From Patescibacteria group bacterium UBA7435 (lineage in GTDB: Bacteria > Patescibacteriota > Minisyncoccia > Phycocordibacterales > UBA918), in contig DLQJ01000021.1 of assembly GCA_002477545.1 (NCBI GenBank), positions 1-60,750 on the forward strand: a DNA stretch of 60,750 nucleotides, in the 5' to 3' direction. Below are positions 59,671 to 60,750 of this stretch, one piece after another. Made by a program: the position numbers and the translations under genes. The notes below the pieces were generated by a model. The model was given only the letters and a program-made list of their open reading frames with translations. It was not told the origin of the DNA and ran no database searches. The first letter of the stretch is position 1, and each line of letters begins with the position of its first letter.

Positions 59671-59696
59671 TTATCAAACCGTAATCCATATTTTAA

Positions 59697-60182
59697 ATGG
59701 CAATTACAAAAGAAAAGAAGACAGCAATTCTTGCAAAACTTGATGGTATCAAGAATGATTCAGAATCTATCGTTTTCGTAAACTTTAAGGGTATGGAAGG
59801 TAACAATGTTACTGACATGCGTGCAAAGCTTCGAGAGGAAGGTGTTGGATACTTCGTCGCTAAGAAAACATTGATCGCACGAGCGTTTGATGGGACATTC
59901 GAAGGTGACATGCCTGAGCTTGAGGGAGAAATTGCATTGGCATTCTCAACTGATGCTATTGCGCCAGCTCAGAACATCAAAGCATTTACTGCAGAATACA
60001 AAGAGAATCTTGCTATTGCAGGAGGTATCTTTCAAGGTGTGTACAAAACCAAAGAAGAGATGACTGACATTGCATCAATCCCAGCACTACCAGTGCTTCG
60101 AGGAATGTTTGTAAACGTTATCAATTCACCTATTCAAGGTATCGTTCTTGCATTGAACGCTATTGCAGATAAACGAGGCTAA
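59697..60182 (+). CDS. rplJ: 50S ribosomal protein L10
   Basis: K.KK, F.G..V..MR..LR, V.K.TL, IA.IP....L. Confidence 0.93.
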   Translation: MAITKEKKTAILAKLDGIKNDSESIVFVNFKGMEGNNVTDMRAKLREEGVGYFVAKKTLIARAFDGTFEGDMPELEGEIALAFSTDAIAPAQNIKAFTAEYKENLAIAGGIFQGVYKTKEEMTDIASIPALPVLRGMFVNVINSPIQGIVLALNAIADKRG

Positions 60183-60324
60183 GGAGTGAGAAAGTCTGGG
60201 AGACTTTCGCAAGAGGTTGCCAGCTGCATTGCAGCGACAACCTGACAGTCTCTGTAAGAGATCACGACTATAGCGAGTTTAGTTCCGAATTCGGTCCTTC
60301 TTAGGACGAATTCTGGGAACTCGC
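60180..60324 (+). repeat. Composite palindromic element B5+A7 between rplJ and rplL
   Basis: aaggag-tgagaaagtct..agactttcgcaagaggttgcca..gacaacctgacag..gtaagaga-tcacgactatagcgagtttagttcc-gaattcg..gaattc-tgggaac. Confidence 0.83.
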
Positions 60325-60370
60325 ACGCACAAGTCTCACTGAAAATAATTAAAGTTAACTAAAAACTAAA

Positions 60371-60750
60371 ATGACTGAAGAAACTAAAGTAGAAGCTGAA
60401 GCAGTAGAGGAAGTAGCTGCAGAAGAAGTGAAGGAAGAAGTTGTTGTTGAAGAAACAGCATCAGACGTAGACGAAACTGTTGAAGTACCAAAAGAATTCA
60501 AGAAGCTCGTAGAGCAAGTTGAAGCAATGACAGTACTTGAACTACACGAACTAGTTAAAGTTCTAGAAAAGCGATTCGGTGTATCAGCTTCTGCAGTAGC
60601 AGTAGCAGGTCCAGCTGGAGGAGCTGACGCAGGTGAAGAACAGTCAGAATTCACCGTAATGCTAACTGAAGCAGGAGCTTCAAAGATTGCAGTGATCAAG
60701 GCAGTTAAGGAAGCATGTGGTCTTGGACTTAAGGAAGCTAAGGAGCTCGT
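60371..60750 (+). CDS. rplL: 50S ribosomal protein L7/L12 (3'-truncated by window), with an acidic N-terminal extension
   Basis: [32 protein letters not shown]...[10 protein letters not shown]. Confidence 0.93.
   Translation, partial: MTEETKVEAEAVEEVAAEEVKEEVVVEETASDVDETVEVPKEFKKLVEQVEAMTVLELHELVKVLEKRFGVSASAVAVAGPAGGADAGEEQSEFTVMLTEAGASKIAVIKAVKEACGLGLKEAKEL

Overview
Bacterial chromosomal DNA, most likely Patescibacteria/CPR (Parcubacteria, Kaiserbacteria-like). This is inferred from gene content and style: type-2 IleRS with an inserted domain, alpha2 GlyRS, rplK without rplA, SD-less core genes and acidic S-layer-like proteins. Housekeeping content: nrdAB (class Ic signature), secE-nusG-rplK, a thymidylate/folate cluster (folA, thyA, dut, tmk, glyA plus a deaminase, a cytidylyltransferase-like protein and two HIT proteins), argS, ileS, recO, glyQS, metG, tatD, rpsF-ssb-rpsR, efp, an ECF sigma module, recA, ftsK, a redox cluster (Mqo-like, DoxX, membrane-anchored NirK, FAD oxidase), pgsA and rplJ-rplL. 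The most unusual signals are non-coding. (1) A tandem array of integrase-less gene cassettes sits at the 3' end of tRNA-His. Each junction combines a covarying structured element built from inverted tRNA 3'-end copies with a conserved coding-like recombinase-type tail. (2) Three families of dispersed, covarying palindromic elements (called A, B and C here) occur; B nests inside A and is also inserted in frame in ileS. All product calls come from motif recognition by eye; no searches were run.
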